64,000 bases of DNA from Candidatus Magasanikiibacteriota bacterium (GTDB taxonomy: Bacteria > Patescibacteriota > Patescibacteriia > Magasanikbacterales > GWA2-37-8), in assembly GCA_903853785.1 (NCBI GenBank), contig CAINUM010000063.1, positions 2,974 through 66,973 on the forward strand, read 5' to 3'. Shown one piece after another: positions 34,878-45,086 of the stretch. The notes beneath the pieces are model-generated. The model was not told the DNA's origin and did no database searches. It saw only the letters and a list, made by a program, of their open reading frames with translations. The position numbers and the translations under genes were made by a program. Positions within the stretch are counted from its first letter, which is position 1; every line of letters starts with the position of its first letter.

Positions 34878-37289
34878 ATGTCAGCAGAAAAATCTGGAGC
34901 CGGATTTGGCTATGAATTATCTGAAGGAGCACAAATTGATTTGAGAGATTTAGGACGTGAAGATGCAAAACCTAGAGAAATGTCTCGTGTTTTTATTTAT
35001 CAATCAAAAGGCACAGATCAGGTTAGGGCAGAATTAATGTCAGGTAAATCCCCAGATCAGATTTCTTTTATTAATCTGATTTTTGCCGAAAAAAATGCCG
35101 ACAGTATTAGTCCAAACCAACTTTTACCAGTTGGTGGTTCTAAACGCCCGGGAGATAAAAATTCTTTAGAGGTTGCCAGAAGACGTATGCTTGAGGAAAC
35201 CCATTTACGCCCAATTAAAATCAAAAAATTGGGGAATATGGATTATAAATTAAATGATCCACGAAAAGAAAAGGCGGAGAAAATTGCAGCCACTTATTAT
35301 TTAGCTGAAGTTTTGCCATTGGATGTTGCGTATTCTCTAAATCCTCATGAAGATAAAATCGCAGGTTATCATCAGATAGATTTGACTACATATCGGGATG
35401 AAATTTTACGACAAGGTTTTTATGTTGCCGATGAAAATTCTGATGGAGAGAGAAAATTGCCAATGATAGATAGTTTGAGAGTGAGATATGAAGTTGGACC
35501 GGAAGATATGACTTCAAATATAGTAGAAGATATATCGGCGCAAAACGTCGCCGAACTCCAGGGTAGGTTAGTGGAAGAATTAGAGAATAAAGATTTTCAA
35601 AAAACTCAAAAAATTCTCTATCACCTGATCTCTTTGATGGATATGGATTCAAATGCTGTAGAGTATTGGATTGATGATGTCGATAAAGCAAAGAACATAT
35701 TGGATTCTACTAAAATTTTAAAGGATTTGTTGAGTTATGCGGCAAATGAAGTTTATAATAATGATGTTACGAAAGTTAGTGAACTTTTTTTGGCAGCCTT
35801 TGATCTGAGCAATTTTGAAGACGAAGTTTCTGAAAAACACGCTGGGAGATCTCACAATGAAATGGTTTTGCGTGTCGTTTTTTCATTACTAGAATCCAAA
35901 TTCAATTATGATAATTATATAGAATTAGTAAAAGCGAATCCAGATTTAGCAGATTTTGGTGAGCGATTAGAAAAATTTATCGGTATTCTTTCCAGTGGTG
36001 GAAACGAAACAGGTAATCGAAAAAAATTAGCATTTCAATTAAAAGGGCTTGACCAAATAGATCCGGAACTTGTTGAAGAGGCTTTTTTTGAGGCGTTTTT
36101 CGATTTTATTCCTAAAGATGCAGATGGAAAAAAACAGTTTGAACGAAGAATTAATAAAACCTTAGCAGCTATTGATAGTTTGTTAGATGAAAAGATTGTT
36201 CGTTCAAAATTGGCTCCAGTAGTTCGTGATCAATATAACGAACGCTTGTTAACTCAGGTGGGTGAAATTCGTAATGCCAAAATTTTTACTTTAATGAAAT
36301 ACGCTTTGCCGGGTGTTGGTTTGGAAGAAAAAAGTCGTTTTAAAGCGGATCAAGATGAGGTGAGTGGTCCGCAAGATAAAAATATGTTGCGCCGTGTTGT
36401 TTTTGAGGCAAGACGTAAATTGGCGATGTTATTTTTATTATTAGAATCAGACGAATATTACGATGAAGTAATAGATTTAGGTTCTCAAGAAATTCAAGCA
36501 TTGTGGAATGATATTTTAGATCCACCCAAAGTAAACTGTTTTCTATCTGAAAAACGTAACGAAAATAATGATCTGTTGGATATAGAGTCTAATTTTGTTA
36601 TGCCAGATAATAGCAGTGCTCAAACGATGGCCGTACGTCCGTTTAAAAATAAACTGGGGGATACTACTATGCTGGTTGGTCAATCGCTGCGAAGAAAAGA
36701 GAGAGAATCGGTTTATCGCAAAATGATTGTTCGTGGGTTTGATCGTCCGGAAGATATTAAGGATATTAATGGTCGCTCACTTGTAATTATGCCATCCAAA
36801 GATCAGCCGTTATCTGAGATTTTAAAAAAAGAAGAACGAGTGTTAGAAATTTGTGATCGTGATAATAATGGAAATTATGTTTGTGAGGATAAAAACTTTG
36901 AAGATCACGTGGCAGTATTTGATATAATTGAAAGTTTGCAGAAAGACAAACATGTAAAAATTTTAGAATACAAGCCAACTAATGAACCGGGAACTTCTTT
37001 TGATAGTAATGGAGCTGGCGGTGAAGGTCAGATTAGGTTAGCAAAATTTTATATTCAACATACTGATAATAATGGAAACGTTAGGACTGAAGAGGTTCAA
37101 ATTTTTACCCCTTCTGCAGATGGACGCAGTGGTTTTTATTGGGAAAAGAAAAAGAAAGAGGACGATGAAAGTTATGAATTTGATCGTCTGTTGCGTACCA
37201 AAGGGGTGCATTCATTTGTGGAGATTCTTTATCCAGCAAAAATATTTGGTAAACCAATTCAAAATGTAAATAAGAAAAAACGATCGTAA
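34878..37289 (+). CDS. NUDIX-like plus RelA/SpoT synthetase-like multidomain protein
   Basis: PVGGSKRPGD...ARRRMLEETHL (degenerate Nudix box); RRKERESVYRKM, DINGRS, EEVQIFT (RSH synthetase-like motifs). Confidence 0.7.
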   Translation: MSAEKSGAGFGYELSEGAQIDLRDLGREDAKPREMSRVFIYQSKGTDQVRAELMSGKSPDQISFINLIFAEKNADSISPNQLLPVGGSKRPGDKNSLEVARRRMLEETHLRPIKIKKLGNMDYKLNDPRKEKAEKIAATYYLAEVLPLDVAYSLNPHEDKIAGYHQIDLTTYRDEILRQGFYVADENSDGERKLPMIDSLRVRYEVGPEDMTSNIVEDISAQNVAELQGRLVEELENKDFQKTQKILYHLISLMDMDSNAVEYWIDDVDKAKNILDSTKILKDLLSYAANEVYNNDVTKVSELFLAAFDLSNFEDEVSEKHAGRSHNEMVLRVVFSLLESKFNYDNYIELVKANPDLADFGERLEKFIGILSSGGNETGNRKKLAFQLKGLDQIDPELVEEAFFEAFFDFIPKDADGKKQFERRINKTLAAIDSLLDEKIVRSKLAPVVRDQYNERLLTQVGEIRNAKIFTLMKYALPGVGLEEKSRFKADQDEVSGPQDKNMLRRVVFEARRKLAMLFLLLESDEYYDEVIDLGSQEIQALWNDILDPPKVNCFLSEKRNENNDLLDIESNFVMPDNSSAQTMAVRPFKNKLGDTTMLVGQSLRRKERESVYRKMIVRGFDRPEDIKDINGRSLVIMPSKDQPLSEILKKEERVLEICDRDNNGNYVCEDKNFEDHVAVFDIIESLQKDKHVKILEYKPTNEPGTSFDSNGAGGEGQIRLAKFYIQHTDNNGNVRTEEVQIFTPSADGRSGFYWEKKKKEDDESYEFDRLLRTKGVHSFVEILYPAKIFGKPIQNVNKKKRS

Positions 37290-37309
37290 GATCGTTTTTT
37301 TGTTTAGTA

Positions 37310-38659
37310 TTATTTTTGAATTATTTTTTCAACTACTTCTTGAACGTTTTTTATCGGCGCTGTTTTTAGTCCGGTTATCTTAGGAATTTTTGATGATAGG
37401 GGAATCACAGCAATTTCTAATCCTAAATTTTTTATTTCCGTTAATCTTTTTTCTGTATGATTCACAGGACGCACTTCGCCGCTGAGTCCAACCTCTCCAA
37501 AAGCGGCAAGGCCTGGAGGAAGTGTTTTGTCTTTTAGCCCAGAAGCGATTGCGAGAATGACTGCTAAGTCTGCTGCCGGTTCATCAACGGTTAAGCCACC
37601 AACTACATTTAGAAATACATCATAAGACTCAAGAGGTAATCCAGCTCGACGCGATAAGACACCGATCAAAACCTGTAATCTGTTTAAATCGAATCCTGAA
37701 GCTCGGCGTTGAGGAAATCCAAAATTTGTTTTCGTCACTAAGGCTTGAATTTCAATAAGCATAGGGCGAGTGCCTTCCATGATTGCTGTAATAACGGTAC
37801 CTGGTACTGGTTCGTTTCTTTCTGAGATCATCGCAGCCGAAGGATTTTTAACTTCCACTAGTCCATCTTTTTCCATGGTAAATACACCAACTTCGTCGGT
37901 TGGACCAAAACGATTTTTGGCGGCACGTAAAATTCTAAAATCGTGAAAGCGGTCTCCCTCAAGATAAAGAACGGTATCTACCAGATGCTCCAAGGTTTTA
38001 GGACCGGCAACAGCGCCATCCTTGGTAACTTGTCCAACTAAAATAAATGTTATATTATTTTTTTTCGCAGCCTCAAGTAATTTTACTGTGCATGCTCGCA
38101 CCTGTGAAATATTTCCAGCTTCACCAGCCACTTCATCAGAATAAACTGTTTGGATTGAATCAATAATTGCTAATTTGCATTTTGTCGTCAGGCTAGTTGC
38201 AATAATAGTTTCGATATTGGTTGCACTTGCAAGTTCGAGAGTGGGGGATGAAATATTTAGTCGTAAAGCTCTCATTTTGATTTGTTGGGTAGATTCTTCT
38301 CCAGAAAAATATATAGTTTCTGGAATGATATTAGCTAATTGCAAAGCGAGGGTAGATTTACCCACACCAGGTTCACCGCCAAGCAATATTAGACTACCCG
38401 GAACTATTCCACCACCAAGCACACGATCGAGTTCAGAAATATTTGATTGGAATCGTTTAAAATTTTGGCTACTAATGTCTTTTAATTTTTCAGTTTTAAT
38501 TGGTAAATAATTTTTGGACAGGTCTTCTTTTTCTTTTCCTATAGGTGCGTTTACTTGTTCAACAGTACCCCATTTTCCACATTCCAAACATCGCCCAGTC
38601 CATTTCTGGAATTGGGCGCCACAGTGGGAGCAAGTAAAAATTATTTGATTGTTTTTCAT
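37310..38659 (-). CDS. radA: DNA repair protein RadA/Sms
   Basis: C4 zinc finger, GGEPGVGKST, IDSIQT, KNRFG, Lon-like C-terminus. Confidence 0.98.
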   Translation of the reverse strand: MKNNQIIFTCSHCGAQFQKWTGRCLECGKWGTVEQVNAPIGKEKEDLSKNYLPIKTEKLKDISSQNFKRFQSNISELDRVLGGGIVPGSLILLGGEPGVGKSTLALQLANIIPETIYFSGEESTQQIKMRALRLNISSPTLELASATNIETIIATSLTTKCKLAIIDSIQTVYSDEVAGEAGNISQVRACTVKLLEAAKKNNITFILVGQVTKDGAVAGPKTLEHLVDTVLYLEGDRFHDFRILRAAKNRFGPTDEVGVFTMEKDGLVEVKNPSAAMISERNEPVPGTVITAIMEGTRPMLIEIQALVTKTNFGFPQRRASGFDLNRLQVLIGVLSRRAGLPLESYDVFLNVVGGLTVDEPAADLAVILAIASGLKDKTLPPGLAAFGEVGLSGEVRPVNHTEKRLTEIKNLGLEIAVIPLSSKIPKITGLKTAPIKNVQEVVEKIIQK

Positions 38660-38668
38660 GGTCAGTAT

Positions 38669-40276
38669 TTAATGAATTGGGCAGCGAGCTGCGCCTGCAG
38701 CCGGAGGTATGCATGGTGAAAGTCCGGTATAACCTGTTATACGACAATATGCGCCAGCTTTTTGTGATTCAAAATGCCAATTTTCTGCACCATATCTCAC
38801 AAAACCGGCACTGTACATAATACTTGAAAGGGCAGCTACTCCTTGGGCGTTTGCTTTGCATTGGTTTTTGCCACTAAACCCGCCATCAGAAATTTCACTA
38901 CCACCTTTCGTTAAGACCAAGTCGAGTGCATAGCCAGTACCATGAGGAGAATTACCTGGTTTGGCAACAGTACCAGAACTTACTCCACCAGGCTGAGCTT
39001 TTGCTATTTTTTGTTGAGAGGCAATACTACGACATTTTGATCGAACACCAATTACATATCCTTGTGCTGCAGCTTTTTTTCCAGCATCTATAAGTTTATC
39101 GGCTGTAATTTTTGCAACAAAATTTTCTCTTGGATCACCTTCTTTTCTAACAGACAAACCTGCACATTTGTCACCTTTACAAAGCGCCACTAAATCAACC
39201 CAACCTTCTGGTGGTGATGCAGTGTTAATTTTATCGCAAGCACCTTTTTCACCAACCGTAGGACCTCCAGCCATACCCGCTTCCATATCGGAAGTGTCGA
39301 TATCATCTGGAATTGGCAGTGGTTCAATGTATTGTACTTTTAAGGCACTAAAATTAACTAAGTCAGGATTGATAGTATATAAAATAGAATATGATCCCCA
39401 AGCGATAGACAATCCTATTAATACTTTCCCAATTTTTTTGAGACCTTCAACTCGTTCAGCTCCACCCAAAACGGTTATTTTTACACCAACTACAATTATC
39501 ATTATTACCCCGATAATGCTGATTGCTACCATTGATATTTTATAAATCGCAGACATATATTCACCGATATAAGGAAGATGAAGATATCCTTGCTCATCAA
39601 TACTGTTGGCTATATCAGTAAAAGTTAATTGCGGAATGTTTATTTCCAATTTCGGTGGTTTGATTTCCAATTTTTTTTCAACAGTAGCAATTGGTGGGGC
39701 TACTGTCGGCGCCACATCTTCTACTGCAGCCGTAGTTTTTGTTCCAGCCTCTCCAGGTAGGCCGACTGACGGACTTAGGGCGTCATTGAGTTTTGAAGCT
39801 TCTGGTTCGCAAAGAGGCAAGCTTGCAAATTGAGGAGTATCGGCGGCACTCTTGGCTACTAAACATTCATATGTGCCATCCGGTCTTTTTGAGACGTAGT
39901 ATGGCTGGGAAAAAGCCTTTGGAACCCCTTTGTCCGGAAAGATATTGTCACCGGAATCATTGTGGCAATATTTCAGGTCTGTTCCATCTTTATTATCATT
40001 CCAGCAATACCAGCTTCCGGTGAATGGGGGGTTGGAACCATATTTTGTTAAACAATCACCGTCGTTATTGCAGGTACAATACATAGGATTTCCAGGCAGT
40101 GAACTTTTTTCACAATCTAAGCTTGCCCCACCAATCTGACAATCATTATTTGATATATTCTGAGTACACTTGTCACCGATTGCACTAGTGGCAGCATTAA
40201 CAAGTGTTATATTTATAAAAAATAAAAATAGAGCAACTGTTATTAATATAAATTTAGTTTTAATATATTTATTCAT
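38669..40276 (-). CDS. Signal peptide + Cys-rich domain + VirB2-like pilin TM hairpin + M15B (VanY-like) peptidase
   Basis: 'RSIASQ...AKPGNSPHGTGYALD...ENWHFE'; central hairpin ending 'WGSYSILYTINPDL'. Confidence 0.82.
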   Translation of the reverse strand: MNKYIKTKFILITVALFLFFINITLVNAATSAIGDKCTQNISNNDCQIGGASLDCEKSSLPGNPMYCTCNNDGDCLTKYGSNPPFTGSWYCWNDNKDGTDLKYCHNDSGDNIFPDKGVPKAFSQPYYVSKRPDGTYECLVAKSAADTPQFASLPLCEPEASKLNDALSPSVGLPGEAGTKTTAAVEDVAPTVAPPIATVEKKLEIKPPKLEINIPQLTFTDIANSIDEQGYLHLPYIGEYMSAIYKISMVAISIIGVIMIIVVGVKITVLGGAERVEGLKKIGKVLIGLSIAWGSYSILYTINPDLVNFSALKVQYIEPLPIPDDIDTSDMEAGMAGGPTVGEKGACDKINTASPPEGWVDLVALCKGDKCAGLSVRKEGDPRENFVAKITADKLIDAGKKAAAQGYVIGVRSKCRSIASQQKIAKAQPGGVSSGTVAKPGNSPHGTGYALDLVLTKGGSEISDGGFSGKNQCKANAQGVAALSSIMYSAGFVRYGAENWHFESQKAGAYCRITGYTGLSPCIPPAAGAARCPIH

Positions 40277-40808
40277 AAACTTCTAATTCACCATACATGG
40301 TGTTGTGACCATCACCACAATACCAGTTACAAAAAAAAGTATAATTACCAGTTCTGTCAGGGACAAATTTTATGGTAGTGGTTTGTCCAGGTTCAAGTAA
40401 TACTTGTGAAAAGCCAAATTTATCTAATGAAAATGTGTGTTTGCTATCGGAGGTATTTTTGAGATTAATTATTATTAAGTTATCTTTTTTAACTTTAATT
40501 TTTGATGGCTTATATTCCCAATTTATAATTTCCATTTCTATTTTTTGTTTGTTTTCAGTTGTATACTTTGATTCATCATAATTGTTGTTTGAAGACACCA
40601 AATTCATTTCTGTAGACCCTTCTCCATCAGGAAGACCTAATTCACCAGGTATTGAATCCGAAAGATCAGTTTGTTCATTCATTTGTGTTTTTATATGTTT
40701 TTCTATAGCTCTATGTTTACCAACTTTAAAGTCAAATAATAGAATAAATATCGACATTATTATTATAAAAATCAAAATTGGTGTGATAATCTTCATTTCT
40801 TTGATCAT
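40269..40808 (-). CDS. Membrane-anchored cupredoxin with CuA motif
   Basis: N-terminal TM; HTF...CNWYCGDGHNTM (C-x3-C-x3-H-x2-M). Confidence 0.88.
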   Translation of the reverse strand: MIKEMKIITPILIFIIIMSIFILLFDFKVGKHRAIEKHIKTQMNEQTDLSDSIPGELGLPDGEGSTEMNLVSSNNNYDESKYTTENKQKIEMEIINWEYKPSKIKVKKDNLIIINLKNTSDSKHTFSLDKFGFSQVLLEPGQTTTIKFVPDRTGNYTFFCNWYCGDGHNTMYGELEVYE

Positions 40809-40817
40809 AATTTAATT

Positions 40818-43154
40818 TTATGGGCGACCATCACATCGCATTTCTTTGCATACTCCCCAATATTCAAAATGCATACCGTCAGTTCTAAAGGCTTTAGTAT
40901 TACAAAAATCACCGCCCCAAACAAATCCATTTTTCTTAAAAATATCGATCCATTTTTTTGGATGAGTAGTAAATGGATTTGAACCGTCAGCAAATCTACT
41001 ATTTAAGCAATCGTTGAGACCCTTTTCTATTCTTTCTGCTAAACCGGCGTATTTTTTGAATTCGTCTTTTTGTTTTTCATAGTTTTCCTTATATTGATTG
41101 CACCACGTAATCGCTGATCCGGTGTTTTTACTACCATCGTATTTAAAATCTTGATTACTGCCATAAATCAAATCTACGGCCATTGCCGCCTGGTGCATGT
41201 CTTTAGTTACAGAGTCATTTACTTCGCAAGTTGCTTTTTTTCTTGCATATCCAAATCCGCAATGTTCACCGGCTAAACCTTCGCTAATCCCTGATGATGC
41301 ACGATCGTGTGGTTTTTTAGGATAGGTATGAAGAGATGGCGAATCTTTGCCAGTACCTTGAAAAAATTTTACATAGTCTTTCATTTCAGGTTCTGGACTT
41401 TCTAAAATTTCTTTTTCTACTTGTTTAAATGCAGCAACTGCTTTTGGATTGATTTTAAATTTTGCCCCAAGAAAAGTTATAGCTACTGATGGCGGTTGAA
41501 CCCCTACATGTAAGTCGTATGCACCCATTAAGCATTTTGCCGACGGACCAACTTTTGGGTATAATTCCAAGCCCTTTGAATCATATTGACCGTTATAAGT
41601 AGCGTTGTCGGCACCCTCATAACCCGTACCTTCAGAACTACTCGGAATCTCTTCGCGGGCAATGTACCGAATTTTTAAAGCATTAAAATTTACCAGATCT
41701 GGATTGATAGTATATAAAATAGAATAGGAACCCCAGCCGATAAAAAGGCCAATAATTACTTGGCCAATTTTTTGAAAACCATGAATACGTTCTTCACCTC
41801 CAATAGTTGTTATTTTTACACCTTGAATAATGATCATTATTACGGCGATGATACTCATTGCTACTAAGGCTACTTTGTAAGCTGCCGATAAATATTCGCC
41901 AATATAAGGTACAGTCAAATAACTGACACCGTTTATTTCTACGAGACTGTTTTGAACATCAGAAAACTGAAGCTGTGGAATGTTGATAGCCAAATCCGGT
42001 TTGTATGTTTTAATTTCTTGCACAACACCTGGGGTTCCGCTTCCACCCGCTCCTGCACCACTGCTGCCATCTGGTTGTATTGATGTACAAGTAGCATTCA
42101 CGGCCTCCATCTCACCGTCATGTTGCGATTTTGCAGTTTGTGATGTAACAGTAGCAGGATAATTTTTTGTTTGTGGTGCAAAAGTTTTAGATGAATCATC
42201 ATAAATATACATCGTCACTGTTATCTTTCCGTTACTGCCTACATCTACCCAGGCAAAGGAGTCAGCCACATCTGAAGAAGTTTGGCCTTTAGTGTATTCC
42301 ATCATTTGTTTTCCCATCGTTCCACTGTTGATGTACTCTAAACCATCACATGTACCATGATAGTTGGCATGCGTGTGCCCAGCAAAAAGAGCTTTGGCAT
42401 TTTTGGATATTAATTTTTGTGTAAGTTGAGAAAAATCTTGAACCTCGCCATTTTTTCCAGGGTCATTACTTTTTCCTAATACACTACTTCCACAAACCGA
42501 TCCATCTTTTGCACAAGACAATCCATAGGGAGTAACATGTCGAAAAACAAGATCTCCAGCGACCATGTTTGAATCCAGACAGTCCAGTTCTTGTTGTGAT
42601 AGCCAATAGTGGTGTCCATCAAAATATGGATCGATCAAAACAAAACCTTGCCCCTTGTAAGAGAAAGAAGAAAAACGATAAGGAGAATTCGGTCCGCAAG
42701 TTGTTCTCGTTTTATATGGGTCAAATAATTTAGCAGATTGATTTCCCCAAAATGTGTACCACGGGGAATGGCCATTTAAAAAATCATGATTTCCAGCCAC
42801 TGGAACAACGGGAATTTCTAATTTTGATAAAAAAGCTTTATTAAATTCTGTGTACTGTGCTGCTGATCCTTTATAGGCTAAGTCACCCAATAAAACTACA
42901 AAATCTGGCTTTTTTTCATTAATAAATGGAACTACATTTATAAGTGCTTCACCCTGGACGTCAGTATTTAGTTCTGGTGTATCCGAAATTACTGCGAAAC
43001 TAAAAGATATACCGTTTGCTCCAGCTTCAGCTTTTTGCGATGCAGCATCGGCAGGCCCAGATAGTTGTTCATCAGTCATTGCTATAGCCGACAGTGGGGC
43101 TAATAAGGTACCAACCAACAAAACCAAAGCAATAATTTTTTTGGATACGTACAT
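40818..43154 (-). CDS. Signal peptide + metallophosphoesterase + VirB2-like pilin TM hairpin + M15C-like peptidase
   Basis: ISD, GDL, GNHD, FRH, GHTH; same pilin-like hairpin; 'MHQAAMAVD...GFVWGGDF...DGMHFEY'. Confidence 0.82.
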   Translation of the reverse strand: MYVSKKIIALVLLVGTLLAPLSAIAMTDEQLSGPADAASQKAEAGANGISFSFAVISDTPELNTDVQGEALINVVPFINEKKPDFVVLLGDLAYKGSAAQYTEFNKAFLSKLEIPVVPVAGNHDFLNGHSPWYTFWGNQSAKLFDPYKTRTTCGPNSPYRFSSFSYKGQGFVLIDPYFDGHHYWLSQQELDCLDSNMVAGDLVFRHVTPYGLSCAKDGSVCGSSVLGKSNDPGKNGEVQDFSQLTQKLISKNAKALFAGHTHANYHGTCDGLEYINSGTMGKQMMEYTKGQTSSDVADSFAWVDVGSNGKITVTMYIYDDSSKTFAPQTKNYPATVTSQTAKSQHDGEMEAVNATCTSIQPDGSSGAGAGGSGTPGVVQEIKTYKPDLAINIPQLQFSDVQNSLVEINGVSYLTVPYIGEYLSAAYKVALVAMSIIAVIMIIIQGVKITTIGGEERIHGFQKIGQVIIGLFIGWGSYSILYTINPDLVNFNALKIRYIAREEIPSSSEGTGYEGADNATYNGQYDSKGLELYPKVGPSAKCLMGAYDLHVGVQPPSVAITFLGAKFKINPKAVAAFKQVEKEILESPEPEMKDYVKFFQGTGKDSPSLHTYPKKPHDRASSGISEGLAGEHCGFGYARKKATCEVNDSVTKDMHQAAMAVDLIYGSNQDFKYDGSKNTGSAITWCNQYKENYEKQKDEFKKYAGLAERIEKGLNDCLNSRFADGSNPFTTHPKKWIDIFKKNGFVWGGDFCNTKAFRTDGMHFEYWGVCKEMRCDGRP

Positions 43155-43156
43155 AT

Positions 43157-43813
43157 TTATTTAGCAATAAATTTTGTCAGCATTTCTATTATATCAATAT
43201 CATTTTCCAAATTTATTTTTTTATTATTAGCATAAATTGTTGGCACTTGGGTTACATTGAGGGAAGTAGCCAGGTCAGTAGTACGTGCAATTTTTTGTTT
43301 GGCTTCTTCAGAATTTACACACTGCCACCAAGTTACTGTATTTATTTTTAAATCATTAGCAATTTTAGTTAGATCAGATTCGCTAGAAATATTTTTTTCA
43401 TTATTTAAAACGTCAACATATTGCCAGTATTTATTTTGTTTGCCAGCACAAAATGCACTACGGTGCGGCATATCATTAATTTTATAAAATAAATTTTTTT
43501 GTGGAATTTCTTTTAAATACATTCGTACATCTTGTGGGTGTTCACTAACAAATTTACTTATTTTATTATATTGTATTTTACAAGTTGGGCAATTAAAATC
43601 GATAAACAATACGATTGTGAGTGGGGCACCTGGGTTGCCCAGTATTTGATCATCGTTTTCTGTCGCGATATCGAAATAACCCGCACTCAACAATGGGGTA
43701 TCGCTTTGTTTGACTGTAATTTTTTGAGTATTTAGTAGTTGAACAGTAAAAATTCCACCAGCTGTAATTACCGCTACTATTAATAATATATAAAATTTAT
43801 TAATTGGGTGCAT
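43157..43813 (-). CDS. DsbA-family thiol-disulfide oxidoreductase
   Basis: N-terminal TM, GNPGAPLTIV.F.DFNCPTC, QNKYW, cis-Pro loop VPT. Confidence 0.92.
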   Translation of the reverse strand: MHPINKFYILLIVAVITAGGIFTVQLLNTQKITVKQSDTPLLSAGYFDIATENDDQILGNPGAPLTIVLFIDFNCPTCKIQYNKISKFVSEHPQDVRMYLKEIPQKNLFYKINDMPHRSAFCAGKQNKYWQYVDVLNNEKNISSESDLTKIANDLKINTVTWWQCVNSEEAKQKIARTTDLATSLNVTQVPTIYANNKKINLENDIDIIEMLTKFIAK

Positions 43814-43824
43814 ATTGGTGGTAA

Positions 43825-45060
43825 TTATAATTTAATTTGGAAAACACCACTTTGAGTAGCATCTGTGAAGAAAACTTTATTTTTTGTTTGATCAAAATTT
43901 ATACTCTTGATATTGTAGTCTCCACCTAAAGAGATGTTGGTTTTTAAGCCAGTTTTTAAATCAATTTTATACATGTCATCTTTGTTGTCGGCGGCTACTT
44001 CAGGGAGAATTCCTGCGCCTTGTGGTAGATCGCGGGGTACTGCACAGAATAGAGTCGTATCACCAGCGAAGGCACATTTGTCAGCCCAAGTATTTAATTT
44101 AAGCATTTGTCGATTGCCACCAATGTTATCTCCATAAGAATCGGTGATCCAAAGTTCAGGCTTAAAATCACTACGTGTACTATAGACGCTATATAAAAGT
44201 TTTTGGCCAGTTGGTGACCACTGTGGTTGAAAGCCCAAACCTTCCACAACTGCAGATTTGAAATTTTCTCCATGTAGTCCTACAAACAACACCTCGCGTC
44301 TTTCACCACCGAGCGGTTCGCCGGTTTGTGAGAAAGCCACAGTCTGACGGTTTGGGGACCAATCAATCTGTACTTTATCTGAATTTTCGCCCATTGGTTC
44401 GACTAGAGTGGTTCCACTACCGTCATCATTTACTGTTACCAGCCAGCGATTTTCTGGAGATAGGCCAATACTTTTTGCGGCGAGTTGGGTGCTATCTGGT
44501 GAAAAAGAAAACTGCTCCCAATGTTTCGGTAAAGTTACCTGTTTTTGTTTTTCAAAATCATAAATTGTTTTGGATCCATCTGGATATTCTAACACAGCTT
44601 TGTCGTTGTTGTTTGCCCAGGTTACATTACTAACATTATAAAATGTTTGATCAGACAAAGATCTCATTTGTCCATCACTGGCTAGTCGATAAAATTTTCC
44701 ATCCCCTTGGTTGTAGTATCGGATGTTACCGGCTTGACTATATCCAGCAAAATCTACTTGATCAGAAGTTAATTTTGTTACTGGTGCAGTTTGATAATAA
44801 CCACCAGGTGTTACCTGTGGAATCGCAGGTAAAGTTGTCTGAACTCCACGACCTAGTTGACCAGTGCCGGTTCCGCCGGTTGCTGCGGTGGAAGTTCTTT
44901 CTCCGGCACCCGGTAATTGTCCGGCCGGTTCAGATGGAACTTCAACAGGCGCCTGCACAATTGTCGCTCTTTTGAAAAGTGCATATAAACCGAAACCTAT
45001 TAGTATAGTTGCAACCAACAGTGCGATTATTAAAAGTATACGTTTTAGTGCAGGGTTCAT
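43825..45060 (-). CDS. Membrane-anchored beta-propeller (TolB/PD40-like) protein
   Basis: N-terminal TM and linker; repeated FSPDS, WSPNR, WSPTG blades. Confidence 0.78.
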   Translation of the reverse strand: MNPALKRILLIIALLVATILIGFGLYALFKRATIVQAPVEVPSEPAGQLPGAGERTSTAATGGTGTGQLGRGVQTTLPAIPQVTPGGYYQTAPVTKLTSDQVDFAGYSQAGNIRYYNQGDGKFYRLASDGQMRSLSDQTFYNVSNVTWANNNDKAVLEYPDGSKTIYDFEKQKQVTLPKHWEQFSFSPDSTQLAAKSIGLSPENRWLVTVNDDGSGTTLVEPMGENSDKVQIDWSPNRQTVAFSQTGEPLGGERREVLFVGLHGENFKSAVVEGLGFQPQWSPTGQKLLYSVYSTRSDFKPELWITDSYGDNIGGNRQMLKLNTWADKCAFAGDTTLFCAVPRDLPQGAGILPEVAADNKDDMYKIDLKTGLKTNISLGGDYNIKSINFDQTKNKVFFTDATQSGVFQIKL

Positions 45061-45086
45061 ATGTTTATTTTATTTATTTTGAAGTG

